NCBI GenBank assembly: GCA_030700155.1
Contig: JAUYJU010000027.1
Span: 5,954-69,953, forward strand
DNA: 64,000 bases
Origin: Candidatus Nanoarchaeia archaeon
GTDB taxonomy: Archaea > Nanobdellota > Nanobdellia > SCGC-AAA011-G17 > JAUYJU01
Direction of reading: 5' to 3'
In this document: in pieces, positions 37,502-45,164 of the stretch
Layout: every line of letters begins with the position of its first letter
Position numbering within the stretch: position 1 is the stretch's first letter
The notes under the pieces: model-generated
The model's input: only the letters and a program-made list of their open reading frames with translations
What the model was told of the DNA's origin: nothing
Database searches by the model: none
Made by a program: the position numbers and the translations under genes

Positions 37502-38581
37502 TTATGTAGTTTTTAATGGTCGGTGTAAGTTAACAATTCTAGCAATAACCTCTTTTCGCAGCCGATATGTATTCGCCCATATAGCGTAACCAAACCAACC
37601 TTGCAGACCTTCTAAAATATTATCTTTAACTAGGACTCCTTCTTTCAAGAGTATTAACTTCTCATTAAAATCTCTTTCGAACCTTCTTTTATTATTTTTT
37701 CTCAACAACCTATAATAATAAAAGTTTTTATAGCCCAAGAATGTTACACCGTTCTTTAAAGGGATTATCTTAGATTTATCTGAATGTAGTTTCAGTTTTA
37801 AACTATTCATGAGATAATAATCTATTTTTTGCTTGTAGCTTTCAAGAACATCTTTCTGTTGGTGCATTATTACAAAATCATCAACATATCTTATATAATA
37901 TCTTGCTCTGATTTCCTGCTTAACAAAGTAATCCAATTCATTAAGATAAATATTAGCAAAGAATTGAGAAGTTAAATTTCCAAGAGGCATCCCTTTGCCA
38001 GCTATCTTTATATCAAAATTGTTTAATATCTGCTTAATTAACCATATAACTCTCTCATCTTTTATTCTTCTCTCTAAAACGTTTAATAAAACCTCATGAT
38101 CTACAGTTTCAAAATAATGTCTTATATCTGCCTTTAAGATATATCCTTTAACTGAATTGTTATCCTTAGCGTTTTTAACCAGCCTGCCGTTATTTGAAAC
38201 TTTTCTTTTGAATTTATCAAATCTTAAAATTGCATTGTGAGTTCCTTTGTTAATTCTGCTCGCATAAGAATCATGAATAAATCTCTTTTCAAATATTGGG
38301 CTAATAATATTAACTAAAGCATGATAGACAACTCGGTCTCTGAATGAAGATGCATGAATTGTTCTTGTTTTTGGGTCTCTGACAATAAACCTCTTTAATT
38401 GCTGCGGTTTATACGTTTGATATTCTAACTCTTGTTTTAATTTATTTAACTCGTTTAATAGATTAGCTTCAAATTCTTTGACATATGGTCTCTTTGATTT
38501 TCTCTTTTTAGCCTTTTTGAAAGCCAATTCTAAATTTTTAAAAGAGTATAGCTCGCCGTATAAGTTATTGTAAGTTTTCAT
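37502..38581 (-). CDS. Reverse transcriptase of a diversity-generating retroelement (DGR)
   Basis: RT motifs 1 to 7 are present, with YVDDFVIM (the YxDD box). The DGR-diagnostic motif MPLGNLTSQFFANIYLNELD (I/LGxxxSQ) replaces the QGxxxSP motif of group II introns. The likely true start is MKTYNN at 38581. The 49 codons the ORF track places upstream are the template repeat read through. Confidence 0.85.
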   Translation of the reverse strand: MKTYNNLYGELYSFKNLELAFKKAKKRKSKRPYVKEFEANLLNELNKLKQELEYQTYKPQQLKRFIVRDPKTRTIHASSFRDRVVYHALVNIISPIFEKRFIHDSYASRINKGTHNAILRFDKFKRKVSNNGRLVKNAKDNNSVKGYILKADIRHYFETVDHEVLLNVLERRIKDERVIWLIKQILNNFDIKIAGKGMPLGNLTSQFFANIYLNELDYFVKQEIRARYYIRYVDDFVIMHQQKDVLESYKQKIDYYLMNSLKLKLHSDKSKIIPLKNGVTFLGYKNFYYYRLLRKNNKRRFERDFNEKLILLKEGVLVKDNILEGLQGWFGYAIWANTYRLRKEVIARIVNLHRPLKTT

Positions 38582-38609
38582 TTTGTGATGTCCTATAACT
38601 TGGGTTATT

Positions 38610-38710
38610 CCGAGCTCCGGATTCTCGTCTTTTTTAGATTTCGAATTCTGCGGATTCCTGTTGCAATTGAGGTTAGCCCTATCGGAATTCGCATTGAACC
38701 TCGCGACAGC
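38610..38710 (-). repeat. DGR template repeat (TR), directly upstream of the RT
   Basis: A segment of about 100 bp is homologous to the 3' ends of the two target genes. Every alignable difference lies at a T on the plus strand, which is an A on the minus (coding) strand. Confidence 0.75.
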
Positions 38711-38956
38711 TTTTAGCAGGTTCATCAAGTTTCACCATAACTTCAGGTTTCACTCCAGCTTCCCCAAGACCATCATTGCTACTAACTGTTGTTATTGTAT
38801 TTTATGGCGTTTAGACTTAAATCGTCCACGCACTATGAACCTGCGTGTAGCCCAAGTCGTCGTTTTTCATTGATTTTCCTTTTGGTTATTAAGGAAAACT
38901 CCATACGACATCTAGGACGAAATAAAAAAGATTGATTAGATTAATAAATTTACTGT

Positions 38957-39748
38957 TTAAATTTTTGCGCGCGCCTGACGTACCCCGAGCTCCGGACCCG
39001 AACTCCGCGGATCCCAGTAGCAATCGAGGAAAGCCCTACCGGAACCCGCAACGAACCCCGCGACGCTTCCATCTCTTGGATACCAATAATATAAGTCACC
39101 TTGCTTAATATCTCTTGGAGGCAAACCTTGGATAGTTGCCCTTTCTAACCAATCATCTAAATTTATTCCTGGAGTTCTATCTTCCATTAAACATTCTTCC
39201 AATGGCTCGGAATATTTCGGTTGCGACTGTCCGTTGACAAACATATGACCATAATCAACAACTAATTCACTTCTTCTCAAAAGACCTTTGGATTGTTTTC
39301 TGAACTTTGCATCAAGCCATTCTGCCCTATAGGGGCTTCTAACTGTTAAAATTTCGTCAACAATCTTAGCCAACTTAGCACGATCTACTCTATTACCGCT
39401 AGCGTCAAAAGGTTTTCCAGTAGTTATTAAATTCAAGAAATCAACATATTGTCTTATTGTAAGCATAAAGTTTCCTTCATTATGCAAAATTTCCTGTGTT
39501 TTATGCCAATTATTATTGTGATGAACTACATTAGCAGAAACTAACAAATCAGGATAAGAATAACTGCCATAGGTTTTTCCTTCTAGAATTATATATTCTT
39601 TTTTATTTGATATGTTTGAAGCAGGGATTATTGCTGGAATTATTTTACTTTCTGGCTGAGTTTCAACTTTGGGAACTTTAGATTCTTCCAAGTACTTCTT
39701 CAATTCTGCTTCTCTGTCCTTTCCGAAAATATTATCTGGTATTTTCAT
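38957..39748 (-). CDS. DGR target protein 2 (lectin-like or FGE-sulfatase-fold C-terminal domain carrying VR2)
   Basis: 263 aa. It shares its N-terminal 24 aa and its C-terminal ...LGVRQARAKI with target 1. The C-terminal region is encoded by VR2. Confidence 0.75.
   Translation of the reverse strand: MKIPDNIFGKDREAELKKYLEESKVPKVETQPESKIIPAIIPASNISNKKEYIILEGKTYGSYSYPDLLVSANVVHHNNNWHKTQEILHNEGNFMLTIRQYVDFLNLITTGKPFDASGNRVDRAKLAKIVDEILTVRSPYRAEWLDAKFRKQSKGLLRRSELVVDYGHMFVNGQSQPKYSEPLEECLMEDRTPGINLDDWLERATIQGLPPRDIKQGDLYYWYPRDGSVAGFVAGSGRAFLDCYWDPRSSGPELGVRQARAKI
38985..39066 (-). repeat. DGR variable repeat 2 (VR2), carrying an in-frame 18-nt deletion relative to the template repeat
   Basis: Matches the template repeat except at template-A positions. 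It is flanked on the 3' side by a GC-rich palindromic element (GGCGCGCGC) that is conserved in VR1 but absent from the template repeat, a candidate initiation-of-mutagenic-homing site. Confidence 0.75.
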
Positions 39749-41469
39749 TGCTTTGTAAACCTCTTGTAGGTATTTGTAGCTGTATTAACCATCAATTTTG
39801 AAAGTTCTTCTCCTGAACTTACGTAAAACACAGGCAGACCCATACCTTCTAAATCTTGGGTAAATCTATTTGAACCGCCAATTTGAATATGTGCAAAATA
39901 GTTTTCTTTAGCTAATTTTTCAAATTCGGACTTAGCTGAACTCCAGTTTTCTATTTCTCCGTCTGAAATAGATAAAACAAAACTCTCTCTGCCTTGCAAA
40001 GCATCAACTAATGTCCTTGCATCCAATTTTGTACCTCCCCAATCTGGAGATAAAGCTAATTTTCTTAATTGATGTATATTTTTAAAATCTGATTCTTCAT
40101 ATCTTGTGCTTGAAGAAAATAAAGCAAGTCCGTGTCCAATATACTGAGCTATTCCCTGCGCTTGTAAAAACTGTTCAATTCCATAAAAACCAAGTAAAGC
40201 ATAGTGATACTTACTATTGTCGCCCCAAGGAATAAAAGTTTGGTCTCCCTGATGCCCATTAATTCCTTCTTTCATAGTTCCTGAATTATCCAAAACAACC
40301 ATCTTAAAATCTGGGAAAGACTTTCTTTGGAATTTTGCTTTTTGAGCTATTGTTAAAGGTGTTCTTTGGTGTCCAAATGTAACTCCTTCATCATTAGCAT
40401 ATAATTTAGATTTTATTTTTCTTACGTCATCAGTTTCAGGATCAAAAGCTCTGAAATTTAATGGTGCTATTGCTAAACTTTGTTCTCTAGTCATTGCTTC
40501 AACTTCCACAGGTATTGATCTTGCTAATCTTTTATATAACAAATCTAGCTGTTCGTGTGATTCAAAATTTGGAGATAAACCATCCCCAGATTTATAACGC
40601 CCATAAGTAATTTCTTCCTTGCCTTCTTTTGCTGAAGCTTTTTCTTCCAATCCATTTCCTTCCTGTTCCTTTTCACCATTTTGATAGGCTGAAAGTCTTT
40701 CTGTTGGAGGTATTTCCAGCAAAGGTGCTAATGCAGCTGCAAATTGTGAAGCCATTTCAGGCCATTCTGATTTATTGAAAAGTTTAACTGTATCTACTTT
40801 ATCTAATGATAATTCCTTTACTACTTTATTTACAGCTTCTTCAACTTTTACAGCTTGTTCAATTTCTTTGGTATTATGTCTTTTTAATAAAGCTTTATCT
40901 GAATTATCTCCCCATAAATGCATATTTAATTTAACAAACGCTTCATAAAAAGGAGTGTAACCTTTTTGCCCTGCTCTTTTACATTGAAAACCTTCGTCGT
41001 CCCAGAATAAAACTTGTCCTGAGAAATTTCCAGTATATTCTTTACATCTTGTATTGTTAATCAAATCTTCAAAAGCATTTGCAACATAACCAGCCTGCCC
41101 TTGTTTATCTTCTGGCAGTGCTTCTTTGACTGCTTCTAAAATTAAATCATGATTATAAACATCATAAGGGCATCCAAAACCTGAATGGAAAGGCAGCTCC
41201 CAATGTCCTAATTCGTGATGCAGAATATCAGTTAATAATTGTTTTTTGCCGTCTTCAATCTTCTTTTTTCTTGCGTAAGCTTTTTGTCTTCTGTCAGTTA
41301 TTGGATTAAATCCTCTATTAATATTTAATTCAATGCTCCAGTTTCTTGGATCAATATGTGCTGAAACGTTTTTATCTGTATCATCATACTCATTTAATTT
41401 CAACGTTCCGCTAACTAGACCTATACTGTTCTTTATCCTATTTAATTCTTGAATTAAAGTCATTTTCAA
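39745..41469 (-). CDS. Protein with an HExxH motif (metallopeptidase-like) and a C-terminal von Willebrand factor A domain
   Basis: HHELGHWELP motif. The vWA domain has a MIDAS motif, VVLDNSGTM. 574 aa. It overlaps both target genes by 4 nt. Confidence 0.6.
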   Translation of the reverse strand: MKMTLIQELNRIKNSIGLVSGTLKLNEYDDTDKNVSAHIDPRNWSIELNINRGFNPITDRRQKAYARKKKIEDGKKQLLTDILHHELGHWELPFHSGFGCPYDVYNHDLILEAVKEALPEDKQGQAGYVANAFEDLINNTRCKEYTGNFSGQVLFWDDEGFQCKRAGQKGYTPFYEAFVKLNMHLWGDNSDKALLKRHNTKEIEQAVKVEEAVNKVVKELSLDKVDTVKLFNKSEWPEMASQFAAALAPLLEIPPTERLSAYQNGEKEQEGNGLEEKASAKEGKEEITYGRYKSGDGLSPNFESHEQLDLLYKRLARSIPVEVEAMTREQSLAIAPLNFRAFDPETDDVRKIKSKLYANDEGVTFGHQRTPLTIAQKAKFQRKSFPDFKMVVLDNSGTMKEGINGHQGDQTFIPWGDNSKYHYALLGFYGIEQFLQAQGIAQYIGHGLALFSSSTRYEESDFKNIHQLRKLALSPDWGGTKLDARTLVDALQGRESFVLSISDGEIENWSSAKSEFEKLAKENYFAHIQIGGSNRFTQDLEGMGLPVFYVSSGEELSKLMVNTATNTYKRFTKQ

Positions 41470-42158
41470 ATTTTTGCGCGCGCCTGACGTACCCCGAGCA
41501 CCGGACCCCCGTCCCTAGATCCCGAATACCGCGGACCCCTGTCGCAATCGAGGCCAGCCCCACCGGAACCCGCATAGAACCCCGCGACAGCTCCATCTCT
41601 TGGATACCAATAATCAAAATCGCTGCCTTTTGTTGTTGGGAAGCCTTGCTTGTTGAAACTTCCTAAATCAACTTTACAATCTTCCATCAAACAAGCTTCT
41701 AAAGGTTCTTTATTTTGAGGTGCTAATTTACCATTAATTATTCTATGATTATAACTAATCTGATCTGCATTTTTTAAAGTTTTGAAAGATGCATCAAGCC
41801 ACTCTGCTCTCCACGGATCTCTTACTTCTGTTATTTCTTTGTATAATCTTTTGAAATCAGCATTTCCATTTTTTAATATTGCTAAGAAGTCAGCAAATTC
41901 TCTCAAATTAAGCATTCTTGCACCTTCTGAATTTAATGATTCATGTGCTTTGTACCAATCTTCATTAAAATGAGTTCTTTGTTTAGATACGTAGAGATTA
42001 TGATTAGGCAGATAAATATAATCTCCTTTATCAAAACCTTCTAGATTTATTTGTGGTTTAGGTTGTTCTTTAACTTCAGGCTGTCTTTTAGATTCTTCCA
42101 AGTACTTCTTTAACTCTGCTTCTCTGTCCTTTCCGAAAATATTATCTGGTATTTTCAT
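41466..42158 (-). CDS. DGR target protein 1 (paralog of target 2; the C-terminus carries VR1)
   Basis: 230 aa with the same N-terminal MKIPDNIFGKDREAELKKYLEESK and the same C-terminal tail as target 2. Confidence 0.75.
   Translation of the reverse strand: MKIPDNIFGKDREAELKKYLEESKRQPEVKEQPKPQINLEGFDKGDYIYLPNHNLYVSKQRTHFNEDWYKAHESLNSEGARMLNLREFADFLAILKNGNADFKRLYKEITEVRDPWRAEWLDASFKTLKNADQISYNHRIINGKLAPQNKEPLEACLMEDCKVDLGSFNKQGFPTTKGSDFDYWYPRDGAVAGFYAGSGGAGLDCDRGPRYSGSRDGGPVLGVRQARAKI
41494..41592 (-). repeat. DGR variable repeat 1 (VR1)
   Basis: Roughly 100 bp aligned to the template repeat with substitutions only at template-A positions, plus a 3-nt length change inside an A-homopolymer tract. 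Confidence 0.75.
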
Positions 42159-43347
42159 CAGCTACCCTCTCGAATAAATTTTTCATGAAAGACCATCTTC
42201 CTGTAAACTCTCCAGCTAACTTCTCGCTTTTCTTGCCTTTAGCAGCTAATGCAAAAGCTGCAGCAATTTTACCTTTTCTATCATCGCTGAACTCTGTTTG
42301 AGTAGTTGTAATTACAGCGTCCATTGCTTTGTAATGATCTTCTCCATAAGTTTGTCTTACTAAAGCCTCGTTTAATATTCCTGAATAAGCTGAAATAAAT
42401 TTAAATGCTTGCATCATTGATTCAAAGTTATCAGGTGCTTCAGCGCCTTTTTCCTGAACAATCTGATCCAAAGCTTGGCTTAAAGATATAACAGCTTTTG
42501 CAGCTCTTGGTGAAACTGGCAGTATCAAAGCAGCATCTGAACCTTTTTCATGATTTTCCACAGCATTAGGCCATGCAGATTTCATTCCTATCTTGCTTTT
42601 ACCGCCGTCTAAATAATCAAGGCCGTGAATTAAATATGAAGCTATTAACAACTTATTAAATGGTACTTCAGTTTCATTTAATTTTTTGTAAGCTTCTTTT
42701 ATTTCTTCAGTCTTATCTACAGTTTCAGAACCAAAATTAACTCTAGGGTTCCTATCACCAGCAAGCATTTCAAGAGTGTCAATAGGCTGAGGTCTAAAAT
42801 AATCAGTATCTAGAACTAAATGCATTCTATCCTTTAAAGCCCTTCCTAAATCATTTGAAGACTCAGTAAATTGCTGCCCTATATTTCCTGTAGCAATACC
42901 AACTGAATATCCAGAACCAAGAGGATAAGCCTTTCCATCTATTTCTATAAATCCATCAAATAAGTTAAACAACTGAGCACGAACAGCAGGTACACAGTTA
43001 GGCAGTTCATCAACAACAGTTAAATTATAATCGATTTTATCTGTTAATTCTTTAAACTTTACAGCTCCATCTCCTTGTCCTTTCAATGCTTTCAAAAACT
43101 CAGGATTAACTTGCTGGAATAATTCTCTTGTATCCATATCATTTCTTCCTAAAATAAATAAAGACTTATCTCCAAAATAATGAACTACATCTCTTGCTAA
43201 TTGAGTTTTACCAGAACCAGTATCACCCTGTAAGAATACGTTTAATCTTCCTCTTAGAGCAGCTTCTACCATATCATGCATGTAAATTGGAACTCCATTC
43301 AGTGTAGTCAATTCAGTACTATTTCTGTAATTCTTCGGTTTGAACAT
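42142..43347 (-). CDS. MoxR-like AAA+ ATPase
   Basis: Walker A VFLQGDTGSGKT and a Walker B/sensor region VVDELPNCVPAVRAQLFNLFDG resembling the MoxR DEINRA segment. 401 aa. Overlaps target 1 by 17 nt. Confidence 0.65.
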   Translation of the reverse strand: MFKPKNYRNSTELTTLNGVPIYMHDMVEAALRGRLNVFLQGDTGSGKTQLARDVVHYFGDKSLFILGRNDMDTRELFQQVNPEFLKALKGQGDGAVKFKELTDKIDYNLTVVDELPNCVPAVRAQLFNLFDGFIEIDGKAYPLGSGYSVGIATGNIGQQFTESSNDLGRALKDRMHLVLDTDYFRPQPIDTLEMLAGDRNPRVNFGSETVDKTEEIKEAYKKLNETEVPFNKLLIASYLIHGLDYLDGGKSKIGMKSAWPNAVENHEKGSDAALILPVSPRAAKAVISLSQALDQIVQEKGAEAPDNFESMMQAFKFISAYSGILNEALVRQTYGEDHYKAMDAVITTTQTEFSDDRKGKIAAAFALAAKGKKSEKLAGEFTGRWSFMKNLFERVADENTR

Positions 43348-43489
43348 TTTGATCCTCCTTAATAACGCTTATTTTTACTTCTACTATTGTTTTTGGTTTA
43401 AGCTCGTCTTTTAAGAAGCTGGGAATAACTATTACAGCTTGATTTCCGTGCTTTGCTATTTTCTTTGTTATTGTGTATATTTTTGACAT
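43319..43489 (-). CDS. Small AbrB/MazE-like (swapped-hairpin) DNA-binding protein
   Basis: Not in the ORF track. The 56-aa translation MSKIYTITKKIAKHGNQAVIVIPSFLKDELKPKTIVEVKI... resembles the AbrB/SpoVT fold. It overlaps the ATPase start. Confidence 0.35.
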   Translation of the reverse strand: MSKIYTITKKIAKHGNQAVIVIPSFLKDELKPKTIVEVKISVIKEDQNVQTEELQK

Positions 43490-43608
43490 TTTTATGTATA
43501 GATTATATGTATTTTACTACTTTAAAGTGGTATATAAAGCTTTCTATAGAACTAGCTTTGCACAAGTAAAATCAAAAAGTTTATAAATATGTAACTATTA
43601 GACATTAA

Positions 43609-43896
43609 TTGATAAACATGACACAAGTCTTAGAGCAACAAAGAGTAGCACATAGCCCAACACTAGCTACAATCCAGATGGTAGAAGAAACTATTCATGG
43701 AGCAAAAGAAGTCCTGAATATTGCAGAAATCAAACGTAGACTTCCCAAAAAAGTTAACCATAATACCCTAAAAGTAATACTTAGATATTTGCAAGAAATA
43801 GGCAAAATAGAATTTACTCCAGATGGAGTTATTTGGATTTTCGTGCCAAAAGAAGACGTAGCAGCCATACTAAGTAAAGGCCGAACATGGATTTAA
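43609..43896 (+). CDS. Putative antitoxin, partner of the downstream RelE/ParE-like toxin
   Basis: 95-aa ORF overlapping the toxin gene by 10 nt, the typical antitoxin-then-toxin order. Confidence 0.4.
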   Translation: MINMTQVLEQQRVAHSPTLATIQMVEETIHGAKEVLNIAEIKRRLPKKVNHNTLKVILRYLQEIGKIEFTPDGVIWIFVPKEDVAAILSKGRTWI

Positions 43897-44261
43897 AAGA
43901 CAAACAAAAAATTGTACAGGTTATTGGAACTGCAGAAACAGCACTAACAAAATTAGAAGAAAACATTCATGCACTAGAAGCTCAAGGCAAAACGCCACCA
44001 AAATCAGATGCACAATTGTTAAGAAGTATTGAACGTGCTTTAAAAACACTTGAAGTAAATCCCTTTGTAGGAGATAATGTTGCAGGCAGATTATGGCCAA
44101 AAGAATTTCAAAATCTTCCAAATTTATTTCGACTCGAACTCTCGCAATTTTGGAGATTACTTTATTATGTTATAGGCGATGAAGTAAAAGTAATTAGTGT
44201 TGTCTTCGAAATTTGTGATCATGATTACTACAACAAACTATTTGGTTATAAAAATAAATAG
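43887..44261 (+). CDS. RelE/ParE-family toxin
   Basis: The C-terminal region FWRLLYYVIGDEVKVISVVFEICDHDYY resembles the RelE/ParE core. 124 aa. Confidence 0.5.
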   Translation: MDLKDKQKIVQVIGTAETALTKLEENIHALEAQGKTPPKSDAQLLRSIERALKTLEVNPFVGDNVAGRLWPKEFQNLPNLFRLELSQFWRLLYYVIGDEVKVISVVFEICDHDYYNKLFGYKNK

Positions 44262-44363
44262 TGCACATTCACGTGCCACCTTACCAAAAGTTATTTATAG
44301 AAGCTATGCTACAAATATATGGGTTCGCATAAGAAATCTCTCGCGAGGCATGTCCCCTGCATA

Positions 44364-45164
44364 TTAATGCCTTTCTAAATAAACCACTAAAAACAATTTA
44401 TACCAAATCAAAGCACTTACAAGAATTAACAAGGCAACAGTCCAAGGTAAAACATTCATTAAACTAAAAGTACCTATAATCTTATTAGTATAAATATTAA
44501 AGAAAATAAATATAGTCGTCATAAGCAAAATAAACATGGGTATGAATAAAGGAACTAAAAATTTAGCTTTTCTAACTGAAATATTAAAAGCCCTCTTTAA
44601 AGTATTTTTTAGAGTATCATTTCTAATTGTAAATCCATAAAATACAAACAGATAATAAAATATTAAAAATGAAAATACTAAGTAACCTAAAAAAGGCATT
44701 AATTTTATTTCAAATACACTTGTAATTGAAGAAATTGTATAATAACCAACCATAAATAGTAAACCTAAAGCAATAAAACTAACAATAAAAAATCTAGTAA
44801 AATATAATTTTAAATTATTTAATTTATTAGTTAATAAAGACCAGCTAAATCCTTGAAAAACGCTCCATAAAACAATAGTCATTATTGGAATAGCCCAAAA
44901 TAATATTAAAGTTTGATTATTCAATGCTCCAATCTGATCTAAAGTTTGTTGTAATTGAGGCAAAGCTTCAGGAGACTGCTCTAATAAAGCGCCCAACTGT
45001 TGTAAAGCTGGAGATAAAGTACCTAACTTCAACATATTAGAATGGATTTTCATTCTAGCTAAAACTAAAAAAGCCAAATAAACAACTGCAAAAAGTATAT
45101 TAATCATAAATAGATTAAGAAATTTCGCTTTGAACAATTTATTTACTTTATGAAGATTACTCAT
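44364..45164 (-). CDS. Polytopic membrane protein (last gene of the giant-protein operon)
   Basis: 266 aa with at least six transmembrane helices. Its start overlaps the stop of the 1811-aa gene. Confidence 0.4.
   Translation of the reverse strand: MSNLHKVNKLFKAKFLNLFMINILFAVVYLAFLVLARMKIHSNMLKLGTLSPALQQLGALLEQSPEALPQLQQTLDQIGALNNQTLILFWAIPIMTIVLWSVFQGFSWSLLTNKLNNLKLYFTRFFIVSFIALGLLFMVGYYTISSITSVFEIKLMPFLGYLVFSFLIFYYLFVFYGFTIRNDTLKNTLKRAFNISVRKAKFLVPLFIPMFILLMTTIFIFFNIYTNKIIGTFSLMNVLPWTVALLILVSALIWYKLFLVVYLERH

Larger units (their letters stand above)
34663..44365. mobile_element. Putative integrated element (about 9.7 kb) at the 3' end of tRNA-Leu. It carries the integrase, a PD-(D/E)xK nuclease-like gene, a complete DGR and a RelE/ParE toxin-antitoxin pair.
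   Basis: An integrase gene lies 40 bp downstream of the tRNA. An imperfect 15-bp direct repeat of the tRNA 3' end (TGTCCCCCGCATATT at 34736..34750 versus TGTCCCCTGCATATT at 44351..44365) marks a candidate far boundary. The cargo is typical of mobile elements. Confidence 0.4.

Noticed and set aside
38582-38728. First 49 codons of the track's RT ORF
   Set aside because: This stretch is the DGR template repeat read through in frame. The RT domain begins at MKTYNN...LYGELYSFKNLELAFKKAKK, the usual DGR-RT N-terminus.
38661-38873. 70-aa plus-strand ORF
   Set aside because: It lies across the template repeat and the intergenic region on the wrong strand relative to the DGR. It is not an Avd candidate (wrong size, wrong composition).
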